Shown here piece after piece: positions 1 to 7,856 of a stretch of 50,059 bases of DNA. Position 1 is the first letter of the stretch. The number at the start of each line of letters is the position of its first letter. Source of the stretch: Candidatus Bipolaricaulota bacterium (GTDB taxonomy: Bacteria > Bipolaricaulota > Bipolaricaulia > UBA7950 > UBA9294); NCBI GenBank assembly GCA_030615945.1, contig JAUWYG010000001.1, positions 1 to 50,059 of the forward strand, given 5' to 3'. The position numbers were made by a program, and so were the translations under genes. The notes under the pieces are model-generated. The model did no database searches. It was not told the DNA's origin and worked only from the letters and a program-made list of their open reading frames with translations.

Positions 1-3000
1 CCCCAGCCGCCGTCTGTGTGTTGCTTCAGAATCAACCTGTTTAAGCCCTCTTCGACCAGCCCTGGCAACTTCTCCTCTAAGTTTTTATCTTCGATACCAA
101 GCTCGTGCAGGGCGCGGTAGGTAAGCACATTTGGCAGAAATCGGCTGACGATTTGCTCGGTGCACTCGTAGGGGAAGTGTTCGAGGTAGTCTAGCCCCTC
201 GCGCATCCCCGCCGCCAATGAGGGATCAAGTCGAATGGAAAGCTCGCCCTGACGGTCGTCATACTTCAATGGAAGTGCCACAACCTCGGTACGGCTGCCC
301 GCGTCTACCAGTTGCCCACCGGTTCCCACGATCTCCGGAGCGGTGTAGCGGTAGACAAGAAGCGTCCCCTCAGGCCCGGTAGTCAGGCGCGGGCGGGCAG
401 CGTCGGAGTACTCGCCGGAGACGACGCTGAACGCCAGATCCACATAAGGCATGTCCTTCACCGTCACCCACCAGCTCACCTTCACTTCTCCGCCGGCAGG
501 TACGTCGACCTGTTGCGTTGCTGCTTCTTCGAGCTTAAGGCCGTTGTAGCCGATCGTAACCTCGACGGTTCGCAGCGTGTCGGTGTTGTTGTTTACGATG
601 GCGGCAAGTTTCACCCGGTCGCCGACGACAAAGAATCGCGGCGTGACCGGCCGGATCAGAAGTGGCTTTGTGACCACAAGCTCGGCTGTCTCCTCGCCTA
701 CCTGCGTCTGTCTCGTGACCCCGACACCTCGGAAGACCCACGTGGTCAGGTTGTCGGGAAGGCCGATCGTTACCTGAGCCATGCCATCAGGGCCAGTGAC
801 GACCCCCGCGTTCCAGTAGGCGGTATCGGCGAACTCCTCGCGCAGATCGATACCGGCAGGAAGCTGCTCAGCAGCGCTCCCCGGCGCGCGCGCGGCCTCC
901 TCCATGGCCGAGGGTGGCACTGCTCCCATCTCCGCACCCCTCGGGGCGAACTGCATCTCCTCATCGGCCAAGAGCTTGCCGGCCTCCTCCATCTGTTCGG
1001 CCACCAGTCGGCTGATGGAGATCGACAATCCGCTCGCTGTAACCACGCCCAACCCGCGTCGGCCGTAGAACGCTTGCAGGATCGCATCGGGGATGCGGGG
1101 CTTCAGGGTGAGGATCGCCTTGTCCACCAGATCAAGCGATAGAGTCGCCCTCACCGGTTCGCCTGTAGCATCGGTGACGAGCACGTCGCAAGTCACCTGC
1201 GACCCTGGGAGAGCCTGGGCAGCAGAGGGGGTAAGGGTGATGTTGAGCGTCTGCGGCACCGGTTCGACCGCCAGGGCGACGTAACCAACCTTGTAGCTCG
1301 AAACGGCCGGTATGTCTTCGGTTGCTGACAACGCGGCCTCGCGGCCCTGGACCAACACCACACTGACATAGACATTGGGAACGTGATCGGCAGTGATCGG
1401 CAGCTGATACACAGTGCTGTTCGATTCGAGCAACAACACCTCCCGCTGTAGAATGCCCCCGCGCTCAACGGTGACAAGCGCCCACTGTTTTCCGGGGAAC
1501 GGACTGGGGATGAGGATCTCCGCAGGCTCGCCGGGTACGTAGGTGGCCTTGTCGCTTACAAGCGTGATGCGGTCGTCATTGGTCCGCCGCCAGGAGACGG
1601 TCTCCGGCCCGCTGGCCCAGAGGAACAGGCTCGAGCGCACCGTCCGCTCACGCACATCGCGCCCGCGAACGATGACCTTATAGGAACCGCCCTCAGGCGG
1701 AGTGAAGGTGACCACACCCTCGGCCGTGGTGGAGGTGGTGAGCTTTCCATTCGCGACCTCGATGTCGTTTGACTCCCATTCCCAATGCCCGCCGCCGAGC
1801 TCATCCTCAACATAGGTGTTTGACCACTCACGTCGGTAGATGAGGTACTCCAACTGCTGGTTTGGCAGCCGCTCGCCGCTCCAGTCCACGGTGACCACAT
1901 CGACGCTCATTTTGTCGCCAGCGCGGCCGACGCTCTGCTTTGCCGCCAGCCCGACGTAGAACTCGCCGCGGTGAATGACGATGGTGGCGCGACCGGAGAG
2001 GACCTGTCCGTCGTTGCCGTAGACCGTGGCCTCGACGGTCAGTCGGCGGCTTCCCTGAGGCGGGTCGGCCGATGGATCCGCAGTCAATTCGGCTACATTT
2101 TCAGGTAACTCGATCACGAGCTGGCCATTAGCGTCGGTGTTACCAACCCCGCTCAGGATGACCTCGGGGGAAGCGTAGGGCCGCCACCACCAGCGCCAAT
2201 ACCTCCAGGGATCGTCGAGGTCGCTGAACGTATAGCGGCCGAACTGGAGAGGTTGGAAGTGGTAGTCATCGGCGAGTACGTTCCACTCCACCGGCACATC
2301 CACTACTGCACCGCCGAAGAAATAACGCACGTCCACCACCGCTTGGGTCGCCTCCCCACGGGCGATCTCGTCATCCTCGGGGGTGACGGTGATCTCAAAC
2401 TCCGGCGGACGGTAGGTGGCCACCTGGAAGGACCCGCTGAACCTCGCCTCGTCGAGCGCCGCCTCGATGTTGTACTGGCCCAGGGCCGCTCCTGCAGGAA
2501 GTACCAGCTCCCCTGCAAAGGCGCCGAACATGTCAAGGGGGAGCGTCTCCTCGTAGACCAGTTCCCATGCCGCGTCGTGGATCGTCACCACAACGCTCTC
2601 TGACCGCGGCAGTCGATAGCGTGCATCATCCTCCGTGCGGATGATCCCCTTGAAGTAGACCGTCTGATCGGGACGGTAGATGGGGCGGTCGGTGTAGATG
2701 TGCCCACGCCAATCCTCTAAGTACGCCGCGTTAAATCCAAACTCCCACACGGAGATACCCTCGTCCCACTGCGTACTTCCCAGGGTGAACGGCTTGCGCG
2801 CGAGCACGGTGATTCCGTACCACTTCCCGGACTGCGGCAGGTTTACCAGGCCGTTGCTATCGGTAACCGATGCTGCGTACTCCACCCCATCGTCATCATA
2901 AGCACGGAGGATCATTCCGGGAACCGGCGCACCGCTGTCAAGGTCGGTCGCCCAGGCGAGCACCTGATCTTCGCCGCTCTTGAGCGTCAGGTTGACCTTG

Positions 3001-4718
3001 CTTACCACCAGGAGGTGACGGTGCTGCCATCGGTTGTAAGAGACGCCGGCGGCACGCAGGTCAAGAAAGTAGACGCCCGGCTCCAAGCTGCCGCCCTCTT
3101 CGGCCAGCTCGACGGGGACGTAGCTCAGCTCGTTTAACAGCGCCTCGACTCCTACTGACCAGCGGTGGAGCTTCCCCTCGGATGAAGGAGCAAAGTCATA
3201 CCAGTCGTCCTGCGCCTTGAAGTACTCATCGATGGTGAGGCGGTACAGGGTGAGGTCGAGGCGCTTCGTGTTGCGGTAGGCAACGAACATCCGTGCCGGT
3301 TCGTAGGCGCTGTAGGTACCGACGCGGCCGGGCACGTGCAGCCAGGCTGTCGGGTCAAGCGGTGCAGTACAAAAGCGCACGCTCATGCGCTGGCCGGTAG
3401 TGTTGCCGTAAGGGTCTGCGATGTTCGGCCCGATGTGTACGACGTAGTCGCTACTAGGCTGCGCACCAAAGGTAAACACGAAGGTGTTGTCCCAGGTGCT
3501 AAAGTATGTGTAGATCCGTTCAGGGGAGAGGGCTGGGTCCATCTCGATGTTATCCATCACGGTGTCGGGATCAATGGGGGCGTTAAATTCGATCCTGAAT
3601 GAGGTATAGGGATAGGCGTCCTTTTCACCGTTGCGAGGGTCGGTGCTGATGATGCGTGGCAACGGGACCGTGGTAAAACGCCAGGTATAGTCATCCAGCA
3701 TCCCCAGGCCACCACTGGCACTGGTAATGCCTGCACCCAACGAGACAACGTATTTCTGGTTGAAGTTGAGCCACTCATTGGGTGTGAAGGTAAGCGTGTT
3801 GCCCTCGATGTCGAACGTGCCCTCCACGCGCTGTGCCAGAAGCTCGCCCAAAAGGCTTGTTCTCCTCAGGGTGAAGCGCTCGTGCACGCTTGCGAGGTCG
3901 ATCGGCATGTTGAACGTGATCATGATCGTCGTATCCACAGGGGCGAGTTTTGCCCCTTCATCGGGACTGATCCAGACCACGTCCGGCGGCTGTGTGGAGA
4001 AGGTCCAGAGGTAGTCCTCCGCCAGTATTCCCCCGGTCGTGTCGGTCAAACCTGCAGCGACACCGGCCGTGTAGGTCGTCCCACCCGCCAGCGGTTTAGC
4101 CGGGGTGAAGAGATAGATCGAGGTATTCAGCCACTTGCCTTCACCTTCAATTCCCGGGTTAAACGTCACCGGATCGGGAAGAGTTATATACGCAGGATCG
4201 GAGACCGCCATCAAGGGTACAACAGGACGGTTGAAGATTACGGTGATCGTAGAATCGGCCTCGGTCTCCTTCGTACCAGGAGCGGGTATGACCTGTGTGA
4301 CTTCAAGATAGCCGACGGTACGAAAGCAGAACCTGTAGGCCTCCTTTAGAGGGTGTCCCTCTCTGTCAGTGGCCGCGGTGCTCAGGATGACCTCGTAGGT
4401 CTGATCCCGTGCCAGCAGGGAGGCTGGGCTGTAGCAGAGAGTCCGCCCATCCGGCCACGTAAAGGCGCCTGCCACATGCGGGGAGAGCGAGAAAGCCGCC
4501 TCCACTGAGTTGCAATCCATCGCCCGGTCGAAGACCAACTCGATCGTGCCGTCGAGGGGCAACTCCTCACCCCGCTCTGGCGTACGCTGAATCACGATCG
4601 GCGAGGCGCCGGCGGCGGGAGATGCGGTCGTTGCCTGGGTTCCCAATCCTAAGATAGTCGCCAGGAAGCTAACTATGACAACCGCAACAAATACACTCAA
4701 TAGTTGTTTGATGCTCAT
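1..4718 (-). CDS. alpha-2-macroglobulin family protein with thioester motif; 5' complete, 3' end beyond left edge (>1572 aa)
   Basis: Absent from the ORF track because no stop lies in the window; translated by hand. ATG at 4718 is preceded by GGGGGAG plus a 6-nt spacer. N-terminus MSIKQLLSVFVAVVIVSFLATILG is a signal/anchor with no lipobox Cys. Repeated Ig/MG-like beta-sandwich segments follow. Near the left edge it reads LEHFPYECTEQIVSRFLPN...KQHTDGGWG; the CTEQ thioester motif is at 153..164. All listed minus-strand ORFs here lie in another frame, consistent with this frame being open throughout. Confidence 0.85.
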   Translation of the reverse strand, partial: MSIKQLLSVFVAVVIVSFLATILGLGTQATTASPAAGASPIVIQRTPERGEELPLDGTIELVFDRAMDCNSVEAAFSLSPHVAGAFTWPDGRTLCYSPASLLARDQTYEVILSTAATDREGHPLKEAYRFCFRTVGYLEVTQVIPAPGTKETEADSTITVIFNRPVVPLMAVSDPAYITLPDPVTFNPGIEGEGKWLNTSIYLFTPAKPLAGGTTYTAGVAAGLTDTTGGILAEDYLWTFSTQPPDVVWISPDEGAKLAPVDTTIMITFNMPIDLASVHERFTLRRTSLLGELLAQRVEGTFDIEGNTLTFTPNEWLNFNQKYVVSLGAGITSASGGLGMLDDYTWRFTTVPLPRIISTDPRNGEKDAYPYTSFRIEFNAPIDPDTVMDNIEMDPALSPERIYTYFSTWDNTFVFTFGAQPSSDYVVHIGPNIADPYGNTTGQRMSVRFCTAPLDPTAWLHVPGRVGTYSAYEPARMFVAYRNTKRLDLTLYRLTIDEYFKAQDDWYDFAPSSEGKLHRWSVGVEALLNELSYVPVELAEEGGSLEPGVYFLDLRAAGVSYNRWQHRHLLVVSKVNLTLKSGEDQVLAWATDLDSGAPVPGMILRAYDDDGVEYAASVTDSNGLVNLPQSGKWYGITVLARKPFTLGSTQWDEGISVWEFGFNAAYLEDWRGHIYTDRPIYRPDQTVYFKGIIRTEDDARYRLPRSESVVVTIHDAAWELVYEETLPLDMFGAFAGELVLPAGAALGQYNIEAALDEARFSGSFQVATYRPPEFEITVTPEDDEIARGEATQAVVDVRYFFGGAVVDVPVEWNVLADDYHFQPLQFGRYTFSDLDDPWRYWRWWWRPYASPEVILSGVGNTDANGQLVIELPENVAELTADPSADPPQGSRRLTVEATVYGNDGQVLSGRATIVIHRGEFYVGLAAKQSVGRAGDKMSVDVVTVDWSGERLPNQQLEYLIYRREWSNTYVEDELGGGHWEWESNDIEVANGKLTTSTTAEGVVTFTPPEGGSYKVIVRGRDVRERTVRSSLFLWASGPETVSWRRTNDDRITLVSDKATYVPGEPAEILIPSPFPGKQWALVTVERGGILQREVLLLESNSTVYQLPITADHVPNVYVSVVLVQGREAALSATEDIPAVSSYKVGYVALAVEPVPQTLNITLTPSAAQALPGSQVTCDVLVTDATGEPVRATLSLDLVDKAILTLKPRIPDAILQAFYGRRGLGVVTASGLSISISRLVAEQMEEAGKLLADEEMQFAPRGAEMGAVPPSAMEEAARAPGSAAEQLPAGIDLREEFADTAYWNAGVVTGPDGMAQVTIGLPDNLTTWVFRGVGVTRQTQVGEETAELVVTKPLLIRPVTPRFFVVGDRVKLAAIVNNNTDTLRTVEVTIGYNGLKLEEAATQQVDVPAGGEVKVSWWVTVKDMPYVDLAFSVVSGEYSDAARPRLTTGPEGTLLVYRYTAPEIVGTGGQLVDAGSRTEVVALPLKYDDRQGELSIRLDPSLAAGMREGLDYLEHFPYECTEQIVSRFLPNVLTYRALHELGIEDKNLEEKLPGLVEEGLNRLILKQHTDGGW

Positions 4719-4967
4719 TGTCTTCTCCCCCTTGTTCTTGGAAACAAAAAACACGTTCCTACTTCCCTAAACTACCGCGAATGCGCGTACCGTGCAAATA
4801 CGTGAACGCTACCCTAATTAACACATTGGTAAGGGTAGGGTTTCATTAGACCCGGAGAACCCGCGGGTTGGTAGAGACTCCCCAATGTCCGCTTTAAAAC
4901 ACCCAAAGAAAGAGACTTCGATCAGGAGACGCTTCTATATTCTGGTGAACTCCAAGGGGAAAAGGAA

Positions 4968-5381
4968 GTGAACGGGATGCGAGACGCCCGTCTAAGAAAG
5001 GAACTCGTTATCCGGACGGAGAACCGGGTGGGGCTGTTGGCAGAGATCTCCCGGATCCTTTCGGAAATGGGGATTAACATCCTCGGCGTCACCGTACAGA
5101 CGGAAGGCGACAGCGTGGCTCTCCATCTAGTTGCCGATGCTCATCTCTACGCTCGGGACGTCCTACGGGCCGCGCAATTTCCGGTGGAAGAGCGGGAGGT
5201 CATCGTCCTTGAACTCCGCAACTACGCAGGCTTCCTTTGCAAGCTAACCATGGCCCTGGCACGTAAAGACATCGACATCGAAGACCTGTACGCAACCGTT
5301 CCTGAAGGCAGCCCCAAGGCCCTGGTAGTCTTCACCTGTTCGAACAACAGCAAAGCCGTGCTCATGCTGCGTAGTGGCTGA
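4968..5381 (+). CDS. ACT domain-containing protein (two ACT-like halves)
   Basis: ELVIRTENRVGLLAEISRILSEMGINILGV and VIVLELRNYAGFLCKLTMALARKDIDIEDL resemble tandem ACT folds. ATG at 4977 (AAGGAAG 8 nt upstream) may be the true start rather than GTG at 4968. Confidence 0.65.
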   Translation: MNGMRDARLRKELVIRTENRVGLLAEISRILSEMGINILGVTVQTEGDSVALHLVADAHLYARDVLRAAQFPVEEREVIVLELRNYAGFLCKLTMALARKDIDIEDLYATVPEGSPKALVVFTCSNNSKAVLMLRSG

Positions 5382-5439
5382 GCTCCAGCGTAACCGGCTC
5401 CTTCTGGCGGAGGTCGTCTCTTAAGCCTGCGCGAGGATG

Positions 5440-5797
5440 CTAAACCTCCTTGACCATCTCGTGGGCGCCGTTGAAGCCGAACACCCTACTCCAGGGGAAG
5501 GGCATCTTCTGGTATCGAACGGTTCTAAACCCCAACCGTTCCTAGAGTACCTTTGCCCGGATGTTGCTACCCACCACATGGAGCCTCACCCGTTTCAATC
5601 CTTCCCCTTTTGTAAACTCAAGAATGACATTCAGCAGCTTGGTTCCGATTCCCTTACTTCGGTACTCTGATGATTTCTGCGGCCCGCGCGCGTGGGCCAA
5701 AGATCGGCCTAAACTCGTTCTCCAGGGCATCGTAGAGGATCATTGCAACCGCTTCTCTCTGCCCCGCCGGAATCCCGAGGGCTACCTCGATCTCCAT
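5440..5797 (-). pseudogene. GNAT family N-acetyltransferase remnant (frameshift plus in-frame TAG)
   Basis: Motif A region SSEYRSKGIGTKLLNVILEFTKGEGLKRVRLHV...NIRAKVL is followed by TAG (5542..5544). The same frame continues ERLGFRTVRYQKMPFPW, so TAG sits where GNATs have Tyr in the xYExxGF motif. The N-terminal part MEIEVALGIPAGQREAVAMILYDALENEFRPIFG is in a different frame; the 358-nt span is not divisible by 3. The region before motif A is too short for an intact GNAT fold. Confidence 0.5.
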
Positions 5798-6140
5798 GCC
5801 CCACCTCACAGACTTATGATAACGGGCCTCCGGAAATTAGGCGACAGAATCGATCGTATCTCACAGCTGCTGACTGGATCTACACCTGGGGAACGCTGCT
5901 GGAAAGGAGAATCTGGAGAAGAGACTGAGGCCTAAGGGTTTTTCGCCGGGCGACCATAGCCCACAGAGGCGCCGTGCGGAGGATTCCCCTCTCCGCCTTT
6001 GGGAGCCCCGAGGATGCCGTCGATGGGCTGGTGCCCAGCCTTCACCGGGTGAACTTTGACCGGTCTACGAGAAGCTTGCAAAGGATAGGGCTTGACCTCG
6101 ACCATGGCGGTGGCTATCCTCCCTGTAGAAGGGGGAAGGG

Positions 6141-7856
6141 ATGCAGCTTGGGATCGACGTTGGTTCTCTAACCATTAAGGTGGTGCTTCTAGACGGCGGG
6201 GGGGAGGTGGTGGCAGACAGGTACTTGCCTTCGCAGGGCGTCCCGCTGCCCACGGTGCTCTCAGCCCTAGACGAGCTATTCTGCGACCATTCCCCGGAGA
6301 GGATCCATGGCGTAAGCGTTACCGGGTCCGGGGGGAGGCTCCTTGGAGAGCATCTATCCGCTCAATATGTGAACGAGCTTGTGGCCCAGACGCGCTCCGT
6401 GGAACTCTATCACCCGGAGGCGCGGATCATCATCGAGATAGGTGGTCAGGACTCAAAGCTCCTGGTGCTCGAAGAGCGAGATGGGAGGCTTGTGCTCGTG
6501 GACTTCGCCTTGAACACCCAGTGCGCCGCCGGGACCGGCTCCTTCCTCGAACAGCAGGCGGGCCGGCTCGGGACCACCATTGAGGAGTTCTCCGAGCTTG
6601 CCACCCAGGCCAAGGATCCCCCCTATATCGCCGGTCGCTGCGCCGTGTTCGCGAAGTCTGACATCGTCCACCTCCAGCAGGTTGGGACCCCACTCCCCGA
6701 GATCCTCGGGGGACTGTGCCTGGCGCTTGCCCGCAACTTCTGCTCGGATGTAGCTAGGGGGAAGCCCTTCCACCGACCGATCCTCTTCCAGGGAGGGGTT
6801 TCCAAGAACCAGGGGATGGTGCGCGCCTTCGAGGAGGTGCTCGGCCTTCGACCAGCGGAACTTATCGTCCCCGAACACCAGGTCCTGATGCCGGCCATCG
6901 GGGCGGCCCTCATTGCCGGGGAACAGGATGGGGATGGGCTTAAGTGGAAAGATACCCGCGAGAGGCTTCGGCAAGCGGCTTCTCAGGAGGTCGGGGTGGC
7001 AAGGCACAGCCGGCTCGTGATGAGGGAAGCTACACCCCTTCAGGATTCCCTCCCCGTCTTGAAAAGACAGACACCAGGGTTCCTGGGGATAGATGTAGGC
7101 TCCATCAGCACCAAGGCGGTCGCGATCGACGCGGAGGGAAGGCTGCTGGCCAAGGTGTATCTCTGGACCCGGGCCGATCCCTTAGAGGCAGCGAAGGAGT
7201 GCCTCCGTGTCCTGGGCGAAGGGATGGGGAGATGGCTTAAGGTACGGGGAGTGGCGGTGACCGGCTCGGGCCGGGAGCTTGTGGCCCGCTACGTGGGTGC
7301 AGACGTGGTGAAGAACGAGATCACCGGCCAAGCCCGTGCAGCGGCGGCCATCGATCCCGAGGTCGATACCGTGTTCGAAATCGGGGGACAGGACTCAAAA
7401 TACATCCGGCTCGAGGATGGGATTGTGGTGGACTTTGCCCTGAACAAGGCCTGCGCCGCCGGGACCGGCTCCTTCCTCGAGGAGCAAGCGGCCCGCCTCG
7501 CGATCACGGTCGAGGAGCTGGTGGAGCTCGCCCTCTCCTCCCCCCACCCGGTCCAGCTGGGGGAGCGGTGCACCGTGTTCATGGAGTCGGACCTCATTCA
7601 CCACCAACAGCGCGGGACGGCGAAAGGGGACCTGACGGCCGGGCTGGCCTACTCCATCGCCATCAACTACCTCAACCGAGTCGTGGGAGATATACCAATC
7701 GGCCAGAGGATCCTCTTTCAGGGAGGGGTCGCGGGGAACCGGGCGGTGGTGGCCGCCTTTGAGAACCTCTTGGGAAGCCGCATAACCGTCCCCCCGCACT
7801 TCGAGGTGACAGGGGCAGTTGGGGTCGCCCTGATCGCCCAGGAGGTGCTAGGATGA
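6141..7856 (+). CDS. BadF/BadG/BcrA/BcrD-type ATPase with two tandem activase domains (2-hydroxyacyl-CoA dehydratase activator-like)
   Basis: Two repeats each show GIDVGS(L/I)(T/S)xK ... IGGQDSK ... NxxCAAGTGSFLE(Q/E)QA ... F(Q)GGV. GGGGGAAGGG lies before the ATG. The stop overlaps the next start (ATGA at 7853..7856). Confidence 0.85.
   Translation: MQLGIDVGSLTIKVVLLDGGGEVVADRYLPSQGVPLPTVLSALDELFCDHSPERIHGVSVTGSGGRLLGEHLSAQYVNELVAQTRSVELYHPEARIIIEIGGQDSKLLVLEERDGRLVLVDFALNTQCAAGTGSFLEQQAGRLGTTIEEFSELATQAKDPPYIAGRCAVFAKSDIVHLQQVGTPLPEILGGLCLALARNFCSDVARGKPFHRPILFQGGVSKNQGMVRAFEEVLGLRPAELIVPEHQVLMPAIGAALIAGEQDGDGLKWKDTRERLRQAASQEVGVARHSRLVMREATPLQDSLPVLKRQTPGFLGIDVGSISTKAVAIDAEGRLLAKVYLWTRADPLEAAKECLRVLGEGMGRWLKVRGVAVTGSGRELVARYVGADVVKNEITGQARAAAAIDPEVDTVFEIGGQDSKYIRLEDGIVVDFALNKACAAGTGSFLEEQAARLAITVEELVELALSSPHPVQLGERCTVFMESDLIHHQQRGTAKGDLTAGLAYSIAINYLNRVVGDIPIGQRILFQGGVAGNRAVVAAFENLLGSRITVPPHFEVTGAVGVALIAQEVLG

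Noticed and set aside
312-4570. Many 60-276-aa ORFs on both strands across the first 4.7 kb (for example 312..1142, 2253..2603 and 3882..4349).
   Set aside because: All are out of frame with, or antisense to, the single continuous alpha-2-macroglobulin frame that starts at 4718 and is still open at position 1.
4809-4838. An inverted repeat CTACCCT (16 nt) AGGGTAG in the divergent A2M / ACT-gene intergenic region.
   Set aside because: It is a short 7-bp stem with a large loop. It could be an operator, but there is nothing to support that beyond the symmetry.
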